A stretch of DNA of 64,000 bases from NCBI GenBank assembly GCA_047967505.1, contig CM106538.1. One strand, 5' to 3'. The notes under the pieces were generated by a model that was not told the DNA's origin, searched no databases, and saw nothing but the letters and a program-made list of their open reading frames with translations. A program made the position numbers and the translations under genes. Shown here piece by piece: positions 1 through 12,385 of this stretch. The stretch comes from Dipteris shenzhenensis (Eukaryota). Numbering within the stretch: position 1 is the first letter of the stretch; each line of letters opens with the position of its first letter.

Positions 1-481
1 GACTTCACACGCAATTGTAGCTTGAATGAAGAGATCTTGGACTACCTTTTGATTAGCCTTCTCCTTTAGTGCTAGCCTTCATCATGGCTGAGTCTACCCT
101 TCAACTTCGGAGTGTCGACAAAAACTCAGCACGAAGACTTTGTATAAATGGATGCTCATGTATGTGTGGGTGTGTGGATTTATATGTGAGAGCATATTTT
201 TATACTATGGTCTACACCCACTGTTGGGCGCTAATGACGTTAGTGGGGATGTCATAGTAGCTAGTCCTTGCTATGCATGATGTAGTTTATGGTTTTCAAC
301 CTTGTGAGTGACTATCATGAGATTGAAACTGCACTATGTTGTGTTTTTAGAGGATGAGTTTGGGAATTCTTGGATTCATCTGGGTATATAACTCTTGAAA
401 AAGTCTTAATCCATAAGTTTGCTTTATGGAGGGCTTAATGAGACCATAGAAAAAAGTAGTAAATTATGTATTAGAACTTGC

Positions 482-485
<4 letters not shown>

Positions 486-528
<43 letters not shown>

Positions 529-531
529 CTC
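486..531. repeat. (CT)n microsatellite
   Basis: About 22 CT units with one interruption. Confidence 0.95.
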
Positions 532-985
532 ATAGTCTAACATCACTTTTTTGTATAGTGAAGTGCAAGGTTAGATGCTCAATCCAATTAGCTTACATAT
601 TTAGTATAATTGTAGACAATAATGTATCTTACATCTTTGGTATCAATTATAGACATTAATCTACAAATTTCATCATGAAAGTTGGATGAATCACTCTTGT
701 TTATTTGAGATTTCCTTTTCTTTCCACATGATGTGCCAAACTTTCTCATCAAACTCAAGTCCTTTTTCCAATAGAAATGTTTTTTTATTCAAGTAAGATC
801 TAAGTATTTGCATAGTTTTGAAAGATTCGAGCATTGTTCGTATGTAAGAGTTAAAGTCTCTATATTTTTTGACCATGCATGGGTGCATGAGTGTTTTAAA
901 TTACACATTGGTACGCTTATGCCTTACATGTATGTTTGATGGGCAGAAAACTTTGCACAAGCCCTATTTTAGGTAAGGACCATAT

Positions 986-1290
986 CCTTACAAGTTTGCA
1001 CAAGTGTTTAGGGTATAGGTTATAGTTTGGATTTTAGGGTTTAACGTTTAGCTTAGGACTCGGGTTTCAAGTTGGGGATTAAGATTTTAGGATCAAGATA
1101 AGATTAAGATTTAGGGTTTAGAGTTTTCTCTGTTAAAAAAAAAGTCTAGGGTTTAGAGTTATGATTTTAGGATTTAGGATTTTAGGGTTTTGAGTTTAAG
1201 GTTTATAGGGTTTAAAGCTTAGGGTTATGATTCTAAGATTGGTTTTATTTTTTCAAGTTTACGATTTATATACTTGCAAACTTTGTAAGG
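986..1290 (+). repeat. Degenerate interstitial telomere-like (TTTAGGG) array bracketed by a short imperfect inverted repeat
   Basis: Several exact TTTAGGG plus TTTAGGA/TTTAGAG/TTAAGG variants at ~1006-1240. Flanks CCTTACAAGTTTGCACAAGT (986) and ACTTGCAAACTTTGTAAGG (1272) are near reverse complements. Confidence 0.65.
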
Positions 1291-1825
1291 TTGAGGAATT
1301 GTTTATGTGGTGAGGGACTAACATTTCTATATACTACACTATCGATGATACAAGACTATTCTAAAATACACGCTATATGGACATTTGTTTAGTAAGGTCC
1401 ATATATCACAAAGTTTACATAAGTAAGGATAACATGTTTTTTTGAGAAAAAAAATAAGCATTACATATACTCATAGTTACATGCACTTTTTGTATGATTT
1501 ACATTTGTGAACATATTTTTCATGAAATCACATATGCAATGATGACAAAACCTTCTTGCACTAAAAAAGTAGAAAAACTACTATTTACCATTGATGCTAT
1601 GACTTTCTTCATCGGTCTAAAAAACATAAAGTAGACTACTACTATCGATAGTACTTGTTGATAAAGGCAATCATGGCGTAATAGGTATGACATGCCACCA
1701 CCTATTATTATCCACCATTGGTTGATAGACAACCTAATTCAAACACAAATACAATCATGTTATTTTCCTTGCATCGAAGGTATCAAATATTTAAAAGTGA
1801 GTATTTTTATATGTGTGTACAATAC

Positions 1826-3580
1826 CTATTCACATTGTTGCGGTAGTACTAGTGTGTCCTTCTTACTTTGCCAAAACTTTGTGGAGTCAATAGTTACAAA
1901 GCCATTTGCATGGTGTTTGATTGTTGCATTAGGGCCTCTTTCCACCACGTCCTTAAACCACTTGACATCCAAAACATACACAAAGAAGCGTCGAAAGTCA
2001 AGCTTAATAATATCTTGGAATTTGCCACAATAATCATCCATGGCTCCATTGGCTCCCTCAAAGCTAGCAATGACGCCGCAATCTTGTGTGTCTCTCTTAT
2101 CATCAATCCGTTGTGTCCGAAATGCCTATCCTCACACCATATACCATTGAACATAGTACACTACACCAAGATAAAATCAATTAAATAAGCAATCTAAATT
2201 GCTGAAAACCCCTAACTTATGCATAACATTCTATATACCAACCTTGCTCATGCATCCCCTAGCATACTTCCATTCTTCCATTGTGATATGCATCTCCTCG
2301 TCTCTCTCTGCTCTCTCCATTTTGTCAAGTAGCCAATCCACATGAATATCCTTTGGAAGTACTCTTAGATGCTGAGGGTATGGCACACGAGATCCGTGGT
2401 GTGTACGAAAGAGGGCCCTTTCTCCTTGTGTTCTGGCCTTTGCATCCTTGTATCTTGTCACCCATCTTTTCATCACATCACTATTAAGCATGCATTAAAG
2501 GTTGATATTATTAAGAAACTCCTTGTCTATTACTTTGCTCTATCCTTTTCCTTGAGGCACAATAGAGGTCATCCTTAGGTCTTCATCATCTCTCCATAGT
2601 CATGGGAGAGAGCTATCCACATCAACAAGAAACTCAGAAATATATACAAGTGACTCCTATACCAACCAACCCTCAGCCATGCTACCTTCGGGCCTTGCAT
2701 TTTGTCCCACAAAACCCTTCAAGGTCTTCATGAAGCACTCTAGGAAGAACAACCATTGTGCATGTACAATGCCGCATATAGCAATCTCATCCACCAAATG
2801 CACTATGAGATGTAGTTGGCTTGTGAGAATAGAATGTGGAAAAGTCTCCTCCACTAAACAAACCACCTCCATTGACATAACTCGAGCATTCTCAAGCCTG
2901 GTAGGATTTATTTCCTTTGAGCTCACATACCTAGAAAGGAAAAAGTATACCATATTAGCAATATAAAAACCTTGCATGGAGCATTAATACGCTTCACATT
3001 TTGTATCTTATAACGTATCTCACAAGCTCGCCCATCTTGTAAATACAATCCTTCACATCGTTTGATGCACTACAAGAAATGCTAGTGGGTAGTTTTGAAC
3101 TGAACACAAGAGGAATGGTCAATTAGTTGCTTCTAATTCACTCACAAATTTGGAAGAAAAAAGAGATTATGCACATAAAATACTTACTTGGAGCATCTTG
3201 TGCCAATCATGATATTTCAAGCCATATAATTGCTCTACACCTCTTTTCTTGCTCTTTGTGAAGGCCCCCTTTAAACACCTCATGCATCTAGTGGGAGTAT
3301 GAATTGTAGTGATAGCTCGCTTCACTACTACCATCTCTAGCTTTGATAATCTCCATGGTGCACAAGGTAAAAAGACACGCCCATTTGGCCTCTCGTGTGG
3401 CCAAGCTTCACACATCCTCCATGTGGTGCGTAGATCCTCCCTTATGCCTGCGGAATCTTGTGTCCCATTCAAATGTTCCCAAATGGTAGACGCCACATTC
3501 TTGAAGATATGCATGGGATCAAGTAGGTGATTGATCTTGAGGTGGGACCAATATGGTAGTCGATAAAAGATGGACTATCT
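1826..3580 (-). pseudogene. CACTA/En-Spm TnpD transposase, C-terminal half (DUF4218/DUF4216-type), diverged family, intron-containing and degenerate
   Basis: Peptides 'MHIFKNVASTIWEHL', 'GLKYHDWHKML', 'HLIVHLVDEIAICG..FLECFMKTLKGFV..ARPEGSMAEGW' and 'YCGKFQDIIKLDF..DVKWF' match En/Spm transposase motifs. Cut off just before the TIR at 3604. Confidence 0.9.
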
Positions 3581-4086
3581 AAACAAAAGCTGGTATTAGC
3601 ATGCACTACAAGGCATAGGTCCTTTTCTGGCAAAAATACCGACCTTTTTTACACTAAATTTTTTTTTTTGAGGGGTGCAAAGGTCGTTATTCACGTAGTG
3701 ATAAGCGTCAAAAAATAAACATCGCTATATAGCGACACTGGTAAACGTCGCTATATAACAACACTGGTAAATGTTGCTATATAGCGACGATTAATAGAAG
3801 CTTTAAAAAAACATTAGTGGGACTAAATAGGGCCACAACAAGCCATGTTTTGCCCCACTAATGTTTTTTATTTAGTAATTACAAAAGAATGTTTTTTATT
3901 ACAAAATTTTCCTTGTGGAAAGGGTGATACACAATCGCTGAAATGAACCGAGTGACATAAGCATATACATATTGAAGATATGCAACATTGTTTGTTACAA
4001 AATTACCCTTTCGAAAAGGGTGATACAAAATCGCTCAAACGAGCTGATATATAAAAGCATATATATGGCGAAGTATATGTAAACTA

Positions 4087-5681
4087 CTATTGCTCATCCA
4101 AATCATTGTCATCGTTGTCCTCATCTTGTTGGCCCGATCCTTGGCCCTCGTGAGCTGCGTCTGATCCCTGGCCCTCATGAGTTGCGCCTGATCCCTGGCC
4201 CTCGTTGAAGCCATGTAAGCCTAATCCCTCATCATCACTGCTCACCTCTGCTGATGGGACGTTTGAGCTTTGATTCTAAGAGTGAAACCATATTAATTGG
4301 AAATTAGATTAGAACGTAAAGAATAAGACAGTTTAAAAAGTGAGATTACAAGTAGGAGTAGACTTATACCATGCGAGCAGCCACCTTAGCCCAATTGACC
4401 GTCACTCCCAGTGCCTCTTGCTCAATAAACCATGGCTTTGTTCCTATGCAAAATGCACATCTCGTCTCTATGTGTGTAGGAAGGCGACCCATTATAGCTT
4501 GCTGTGGGCCCAATTTACAAGAGTTAGATAAAGTGCATGCAATATATAGTAAAACAAATAGAACAATACATTAAATGAGAAGAAGTAGACTTACCACGAT
4601 TGCCTCGAATGCCAACCGTCTGCCTGCACCAAAGTGCGAAGTACCTACGGAGTCCAGGTGTCTCCTCGCAGCCCTTCTCTGACCCTCGAACATTTCGGAA
4701 TGGTCCCTATTTTGCTTCTTGAAAAACTTCCAATCAGCTTTGTCTGCCTAGCTGGGTTTAGCCTTCCTCTTTGCGATGGAAGTATGCAAGGTTGACCTAT
4801 GATGCTTCAAGACCAAACCCATGCACTCTCGCATGTAATTCTCATTGAACTCCCAACTTGGGGGGTTAGGGTATTTTCTTTTCAATTCATTGATGACTGC
4901 CTGCTTCTTTTGGTCATCTTGGTACCGCCAGTCTAGTAGCTATGCCACTCTTGAAGTGGTGGCTCATCAACCACCTCATGGTGGCCATCACCGTTGCGCC
5001 CTTTTTATCTTCTATTATCTCTCCAGCAACCATGATTTGATAGGACAGGTCCTCGACCGGGTAAGGAGGACTCATGGTAGTGGTAGAGTCAGAGCAAGTG
5101 GTGTTTGTGCGAGCACTTCCGGAGCGAGGAGTAGTAGTGGGAGTAGGAGAGGGCAAGGGACCTGACTGGTACTGGGTCTCGGGACCAAGTGGAGACTTGT
5201 AGGGATGTGAGTGTGTTGACTCATCTACATCTCCCGAGTCAGCACAACATAAGTGACCCCTCCTACTCTTCCTTCCCTTACGATGGGCATGCCTAGGTGA
5301 AGGGGCTAGAGGGGACGACTGGACAATAGGTCCAACCATCGATGTAGGAGAGAGATTTGCTGAGGTCCTCTGGAATAGTAGAGAGAAGAATCTCGCTGCC
5401 TCCGCATCGGTCATCTGTGTAACAAACTCGTCAGGACTCCCGTCAAAGCCATGGGCTGCTAGCAAAGGAGTTCCCTGAGGGGTAGTCACAGTGCTATGTC
5501 AGGGGTAGTCGGGCCAGGGGTAGTCACATTGCTATGTCAGAGGAGTCAGGCCAGGGGTAGTCGTAGGGGTAGGCCCCTAAGGTGTCACCTAAGTGGAATC
5601 AAAGTCCTCTGGAGAATAGAGATCATGATGTCTCCTCTTACGAGGGTTTTCATACTCCTCGAACGTGCAACGTGATCCCAT
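4087..5681 (-). pseudogene. TnpA-like (Ptta/En/Spm Transposase_24-type) ORF2 of copy A
   Basis: Homologous to 17409-18962: 'PLLAAHGF..SPDEFV', 'GEIIEDKKG..VMATMR.LMSHHFKSGI', acidic tail. ATG at 5681 follows an AG acceptor; frameshifts and stops present. Confidence 0.7.
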
Positions 5682-5749
5682 GTCTTATTTGGGGGGATCG
5701 GACAAATGCAGACACAAACACGAAAACAAAAAACAAAAAACAAGAGAGG

Positions 5750-7300
5750 GAAAGCATATGCATAAGAGAAGGAGAAGCATAAGAGAAGCAAAAGAGAAGG
5801 AGAAGCATAAGAGAAGGAGAGGGGAAAAGAAGAGAAAGAAAAGGGGAAAAGAGATTGAAAGAGGGGAAAAGGAGCAAATATGCATAAGAGAAAAAAGAGA
5901 GAAAGCATATGCTTATGCTTATGCATAAGCATATGAGCATATGCTCATGCATAAGCATAAGCATAAGCATAGGCATAGCTATGCATAGGCATATGCTTAT
6001 GAAAAGAAGAGAAAGCATATGCGTAAGAGAAAAAGAGAGAAAGCATATGCTTATGCTTATGCATAAGCATATGAGCATATGCTCATGCATAACCATAAGC
6101 ATAAGCATAGGCATAGCTATGCATAGGCATATGCTTATGAAAAGAAGAGAAAAAGAGAGGGAAAAAGAAGAGAAGGAGAAGGAGAAGGAGAAGGAGACAT
6201 ATGCTCATGCATAAGCATAAGCATAAGAGAAGAAAAAACATATGCATAAGAGAAAAAGAGAGAAAGCATATGTTTGAAAGAGGGGAAAAGAGATCAAAGA
6301 GGGGAAAAAGAGATTGAAAGAGGGGAAAAAGAAGAGGGGAAAAGAAGAGAAGGAAGAGGGGAAAAGAAGAGAAGGAAGAGGGGAAAAGAGATTGAAAGAG
6401 GGGAAAAAGAAGAGGGGAAAAGAGCATAAGCATAAGAGAAGGAAGAGGGGAAAAGAGATTGAAAGAGGGGAAAAAGAAGAGGGGAAAAGAAGAGAAGGAA
6501 GAGGGGAAAAGAGATTGAAAGAGGGGAAAAAGAAGAGGGGAAAAGAGCATAAGCATGAGAGAAGGAAGAGGGGAAAAGAGATTGAAAGAGGGGAAAAAGA
6601 AGAGGGGAAAAGAAGGAAGAGGGAAAAAGAGATTGAAAGGGGGGAAAAAGAAGAGGGGAAAAGAGCATAAGCATAAGAGAAGAAAGAGGGCAAAAGAGAT
6701 TAAAAGAGGGGAAAAAGAGATTGAAAGAGGGGAAAGGAGATTGAAAGAGGGGAAAAAAGAAGAGGGAAAAAGAGATTGAAAGAGGGGAAAAGAAGAGGGA
6801 AAAAGAAGAGAAGGAAGAGGGGAAAAAGAAGAGAGGAAAAGAGCATAAGCATAAGAGAAGGAAGAGGGAAAAAGTGCATAAGCATAAGAGAAAAAGAAAG
6901 AAAGCATATGCTTATGCTTATGCATGAGCATATGAGCATAAGAGAAAAAGAGAAAAAGCCATATAAGCTAAAGACTTATGCATGAGCATATGAGCATATG
7001 CTCATGCATAAGCATAAGCATAGGCAAATACATATGCTTATGAAAAGAGAAGAAAAAGAGAGGAAAAAAGAGGTGAAAAATAAGAGAAGGAAGAGGGGAA
7101 AAGAGATTGAAAGAAGGGAAAAAAAGAGGGGAAAAGAGCATAAGCATAACAGAAGAAAAACATATGCATAAGAGAAAAAGAGAGAAATATTATGCTTATG
7201 CTTATGCATGAGCATATGAGGGAAAGAGGGGCGGAAAGAGAGAGGAAAAGAGGAAAAGAGGGGAACAAGAGGGAACAAGAGAAGAGAGGGGAAGAGAGGG
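5750..7300. repeat. GCATAA/TTATGC hexamer and polypurine minisatellite inside the putative TnpA 5'-UTR intron (7400 to 5684, minus strand)
   Basis: ~138-bp tandem duplication (~5885-6150) and ~120-bp purine-only units (~6310-6680). Minus-strand donor CCAG|GTAAGA at 7400 and acceptor AG|ACATGGGA at 5684. Confidence 0.8.
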
Positions 7301-7998
7301 TTTGTACACCCATCACTACAGCTAGCGCATAAGGCGCTAGCTGCAGGCCAATGCAAATAACGAAAATAACAAAATGAAAAAAGAGGAAGTACTTTCTTAC
7401 CTGGAAAAGTCGCGCTCAGTGTTTCATGGACTGGCCCTACAAAAGAGAGGAAACATACCATTTTTCAGATAACTAGTTAAAGGAAGGAGGAGTTTAGAGA
7501 TGCAACTTCTCAAAGGGATTGGATTGAGGAGACAAGCATAAGCCTACAAACAAGGAGAAAGCATAAGCCTACAACAAGGAGAAAGAGGAGGAAGAGAAAT
7601 ACCAAAAAGAGCAAGAGGTGAGTCTTCTTTCTTTCACCAAATCTCGTTTTTTGTCCTTAACCTCTGAAAATCAAGCATGAAAATTAGCACATAGCCTTAG
7701 CAATACAAGGAGAAACATGCTTCAACACTCACAGAACGAAATCTCACAAAAGATGAACCTACATTGCTTAAAGAGATTCACCCTCTTGAAAAACTTCCTT
7801 TCACACAAGCAGAGAGGGAGAAGGGTGGAGAGGGAGCACAAGTGTTGGGAGAGGGGATGGGTAGGGGTGAGGAGTGGGGAATAGAGAGGAGGAAAGCGAG
7901 GTCGTCGAATATAAGGTGGGAGGAGAGATTTTTACTTTTCTCGCAATAGAGATGTGAAAAATGGCATTGCGTGGGGTTTTGGGTTTAAGCCCCTAGTG

Positions 7999-8132
7999 TC
8001 GCTATATAGCGACGCTAGTCAATCGCTATATAGCAACGTTTATATCCACAAAGCGTTGCTATATAGCAATGGAACATGGCAAAGAATCGCTATATAGTGA
8101 CAGTTCAGGGCAAAGCATCGCTATATAGTGAC
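7999..8132. promoter_or_regulatory. Internal cluster of palindromic TCGCTATATAGCGA motifs (putative TnpA-binding sites)
   Basis: About 5 perfect or near-perfect copies of the motif that also flanks the TIRs. Homologous cluster at ~24942-25177. The binding role is inferred from maize En/Spm. Confidence 0.6.
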
Positions 8133-8245
8133 GGCGGTTCAGGGCACTTATTGTCAGAAGAGAGAAAAGGAGATCATGGATGGCTATTTTTTGGATCTTA
8201 ATAGATTTCCTTATAGCTCATGTTGTGATTTTGGAAGTGTGCAGA

Positions 8246-8832
8246 TGGAAGGGACGAGTGGAAGCTTGTTAGATGATGCGCCAATGCCCGAGAGCGTAGA
8301 GTGGCTTACGGAGAGGTTGTATTATCATTGCACTCATTGCAAGTGAGAAGTATGACATCAACGTCATATTGTCATGCGCCACTTGCGAATGTATGGGGAG
8401 GAGCCCGAACCAGTACCCACCATTGGTGTTGCATGTGGTGATGGATCATCGGTAAGTCAATGCTATTTAAGTTCGTGATGATTAATATTGGATACAATTA
8501 TGACACGAAACCTTGAGACAAGATCTTATATTGACACAAAATCTTGAGATAGGATGAGGAGGGTGGCGAGGGTGCACATATACCTTCACACTTTGAGCAA
8601 GACTATATGTGCCGGATGATGACGAGGATATGGCGGACATGATGGATTCTATTTTCAGGGGCACTACATCACATATACACGTGAGGTCAGAGTCTGAGGT
8701 CAATATGCGAGACTTGCAATCAACACAGTTGTACGAGGGTGCTAGGATGTCTAAACTACAGGCTTGTCTCTCAATCTTGAATCTGCAAGCAAAGTATGGG
8801 TGGTTGGACACAAGTGTCTCGGCCTTAATGAG
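8246..8832 (+). pseudogene. TnpD N-terminal exons of copy A (transposase-associated region)
   Basis: 'YHCTHCK..HIVMRHLRMYG', GT-AG intron 8452-8552, then 'QLYEGARMSKLQACLSILNLQAKYGWLDTSVSALMR', resembling the PLYxG..SKL..GWSD motif of TnpD. Internal stops. Confidence 0.8.
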
Positions 8833-9868
8833 GTTAGCTCCCGCATTAATTTGACTCATTACTTGGATATTGTTTGTTTTGAAAATCATCATTATTTGAA
8901 GCCTATGTATGTTTGAATTGTGACTCTCTTTTATTATTGTCTCTTTTATCCTCTCTTCTCGTCTCTTTTCTCCTCTCTTTTTCTCTCTTATCTCCTCTCT
9001 TTTTCTCTCTTTTTTCTCCTCTCTTTTCCTCTATTTTCCTTTCTTTTCTCCTCTCTTTCCTTCTCGTTTTTTCTCCTTTATCCCCACTTTTTCTCTTTTC
9101 ACTTTCTGCACATCAAACCTTCAAATCTCCAAGGTTCCTTAAAAAAGGCCACATGGTAGATAAGGTGGTCAAATTTAACTGTGGTTAGGTTCAACTGCCT
9201 AGGCTAGTTGAACCATGGTAAAATTTGTGTAACCTTAGGTTAACCAAACTAGGTTAAAAAGTCACCAGTGCCACCTAAGCACAAAGTCCCTTGCTAAGCA
9301 CAGTATGGAATTCAGCATGTGAATCCCTGTCCCACATCATCAAAGGCCCTCTTCTTTATAGAAAATTCGACAAGCCATAACTTGCAATCCAAGAAAAATT
9401 TGGCCATGCTGCAAAAAGGAAAAGTGATTGTCTTTTTGAGCTCTATGTGCCTGTTGAGTCAGAATCATTGTATGCAATTAGACACTGCCAATATTGAAAG
9501 AAATAAATTGGTAAGACCTTTGCAACAAATGACAAATCAAAGCATGAATGCACACATCATTGTCATAAGAATGCCAAAAGCACAAGTGCATGAGATGACC
9601 ATAGCACGAAGCATGGCATCCACACATAAAGCATCAAGGCACATGGAAGAACAAAGCATCATGCATGAAGCTACACAAGGAAGAAGATTGTAGATTGAAT
9701 AACCAGCAGGTCAACTACATAGCATCGTCATCAAGCCATGAGCCAAAAGATGACATCAATGGAATGTATTGAGAAACAAAAAACCTTGCCAACCTTGCCT
9801 ATATTTTGTAAATCAAAACCTGACCACCTGAGAGTAGCCATGTAGGCACCCAGGGGAGGATTTGATCT

Positions 9869-10273
9869 TGTAACTCACATTTGACCACCTTGCAGTTGCC
9901 AAAGGATCATGGCACCAAGGGGAGGTATTAAGAGTTGTGGTGCCATGAGCACATGTAGAGCAAAGGTATGAGTAAAGGGCAAGCTGTCACATGGCATGGA
10001 GGAGATATCCCACATGTGAGCAAGCATATGGATGTAGGTACACTCACCTATAAAAGGGAGGTTCATTTGAAGTAATATCAATCAAGCACTTTGCACTATC
10101 TCAAGATTCTCTTTATGAGTCCAAGCTAATCTATCTTGGAACCTAATTTACTTGAGGTACATGTCATGAGCACTCTCTTCATCATGTTTGCACTTAGATT
10201 GCATCCTCCTTAGATTAGTGTTGTATTAGGATGTTGTCTCATGACTAGGAGAGCTCGATCCCCCGATTTCACA
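9869..10273 (+). mobile_element. Candidate LTR (TG...CA) downstream of a purine tract
   Basis: AGGGGAGGA at ~9852, TGTAAC start, CCTATAAAAGG at ~10047, ends CCCCGATTTCACA. No partner LTR or TSD seen. Confidence 0.35.
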
Positions 10274-10299
10274 AAGCCACTTGAGCAACCTTACCCCCT

Positions 10300-10958
10300 T
10301 TAGAGGCTCGTCAAGTCTTCTTCTCTGCTTCCGAGTCAGACTCCTCTGTACTGGTTTCTTCAAAGCTCTCTTCGAAGATGTAAGTGTCTGAATCTTCATA
10401 GCTATTATCAAACTTCTTAGATTTTGCCAATTTCTTCTTGGCTTTGCTTTTTGAGGACTTGTGGTTCTTGGCCACCCTACCATGTAGAGATTCTCCTGCT
10501 CGCATTGCTTGTGCCACGACCGCCGTGTGTCCTGTTTGTGCCATGACTACTGTGTGTCCTATTTGTGTCCGATACACTATATCCAACACCGTTGCAATTC
10601 CTTGTACAACCCCAAAATGAAGTAGTTATTCAGCACCTACTGAGTAGGCCATTCCCTTGTGGCATACATTACATAAGTAAACTGAATTGGGATGCATAAT
10701 TCTCCACATCTTGATCTTCGTGATCCAACCACTACAGTCTTTCCAAAGTTTGGGTATTGTTTTCTCTTTATTAAACCACATACTCTGCAAGCCACCTTGA
10801 TGCCTTGCCTACCTAGGTTGATTTGAACACTCCCCCTATCATAGTGGTACCACGGGTGGCAGGTTGTTGAGCGCATACTTCTCAAGCTATCGGACATGAG
10901 CATTTGGGTCATCGGATTTTTTCCCCAAAAACTTGGCATACTTGACTTGATCCGCCAT
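10300..10958 (-). pseudogene. Degenerate Gypsy-like gag fragment
   Basis: 'MADQVKYAKFLGKKSDDPNAHVR*LE' resembles the KFxG..EDP.xH retrotransposon gag start; followed by K-rich and S/D/E-rich linker; many disruptions. Confidence 0.4.
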
Positions 10959-11978
10959 TACTACACCTCCAACTTTTAGTGCTCCTCCTCCTGATAGTAC
11001 TCCTTGACCGAAGAGTTTGCGCAAAGCAGCCGAAACTGCTATCAAAGATGAGGATGCATTCAACACCCTATGTCCATCCAAAGAGACTCGTACCCACTAC
11101 CCTAAATGCAACGTAGGTGGTGAGAGTGTGAAGGCATTCCTTGATGATGGTCAACTCCACCTAGGAAATTGTAGCCCTTCTTTCTTGGTATTTTAGTCCT
11201 TGTTGCAGTAAATATAAATCAGGAAAAAAGTACAATTTATTAAGTGAAAATTGAGCAAAAGAGATTACAATATACATCTACATCCAATAACAGGTTATAT
11301 ACAAATTATCAACTTATATCGAGCAAACATTAAACAAAGGATCTTCCATTTATTAAACTCGACATTTGTTGAGAGCCTTAAAGGCCAAAAGATTACAAGT
11401 AGTGGCCATAACCATTCAAATATATAAGTTAACAATAGTGCATACTGAGAGCCTCAAATTGAACAAAAAGAGATTATAAATGCCTTAGAGACCAAAACAT
11501 TACATCGAGTGAGCAAAAATATCATTGAGATCCCAAAAGATTACATCCAACCATTGCTAAGAGCCTCGTCTGAGCAAGATGGAATTTGTACAACTCAATT
11601 TTTTGCCAATCTAATTAGCATTCAGTCGGTTTATCAGGCTATAATAACAATAGTTTAGAATAGGAAATATTACAGTTATTACAACCTGATGAACCGACTC
11701 AATGCTAATCTGATGTCCTATTTGGATCTTGCCTTTCTTCAATTGACTATAATAACAATGACTTTGCATGAGGGGCCATCTAGTTCACAAGCCCAGATTA
11801 TCATTGAATAGAAATCAGATTGTAAGTACAATGACTTTTCATGAGGGACCATCTAATTCACATGCTTAGATTAGCATTAAGTTGGAGATAGACTGTAAGA
11901 ACATATCAGACTGTTAGTCTTTTTTGATGACCGAGAAACCATCTAATCGCACGTCATGAGCAACCACTAATTTCACCT

Positions 11979-12358
11979 CATGGCTAGATGATGATGTATA
12001 TGACCGGCCTATGCTAGGCTAGGAAACCAACAAAGATGGGTGTATGTGCCACCACTCCTCCCCCCTCATCCCATTGAATTATTATGATCTTGGCTCCGAG
12101 GACTGAGAAATTATCCCTTGGCAATCATATAATTGCTTGTCATGGCTAGACGATGATGTAAATGATTGCCTAGGCTAGGCTAGGCTACCAGCAAGCTGGG
12201 TGCATGTGCCACCGCTCCTCCCCCCTCATCCCATTGAATTATCATGATCTTGGCTCCGATGACCAAGAAATTCTAGCATGGCATCTATCTAATCACACTC
12301 CATGGTTACATGATGATGTAGATGATTGCCTACGCTAGGCTAGGCTATTAGCAAAATC
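11979..12358. repeat. ~160-bp tandem repeat, ~2.4 copies
   Basis: Units start CATGG(C/T)TA(G/C)A.GATGATGTA at 11979, 12141 and 12301; the two full units share CTCCTCCCCCCTCATCCCATTGAATT. Confidence 0.9.
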
Positions 12359-12385
12359 TAGCGGGTGGATTGTGTGCTCTTATAG

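Larger units (their letters stand above)
3604..8922 (-). mobile_element. CACTA family copy A: TIR, TnpA-like gene (-), repeat-rich intron, internal palindromes, TnpD N-terminus (+); truncated
   Basis: Starts CACTACAAGGCATAGG, followed by TCGCTATATAGCGA motifs (~3720-3790). 3604-~5760 is an inverted homologue of ~17340-19493; ~7380-8660 is an inverted homologue of ~24420-25800. Confidence 0.9.

Noticed and set aside
3068-3079. CACTACAAGAAA, matching the start of the maize En/Spm TIR
   Set aside because: Lies inside a minus-strand TnpD exon with no subterminal repeats or partner; treated as chance.
5585-7461. Many long ORFs rich in F/S/L/P or K/E/R/G
   Set aside because: Translations of low-complexity hexamer and purine repeats, open in several frames.
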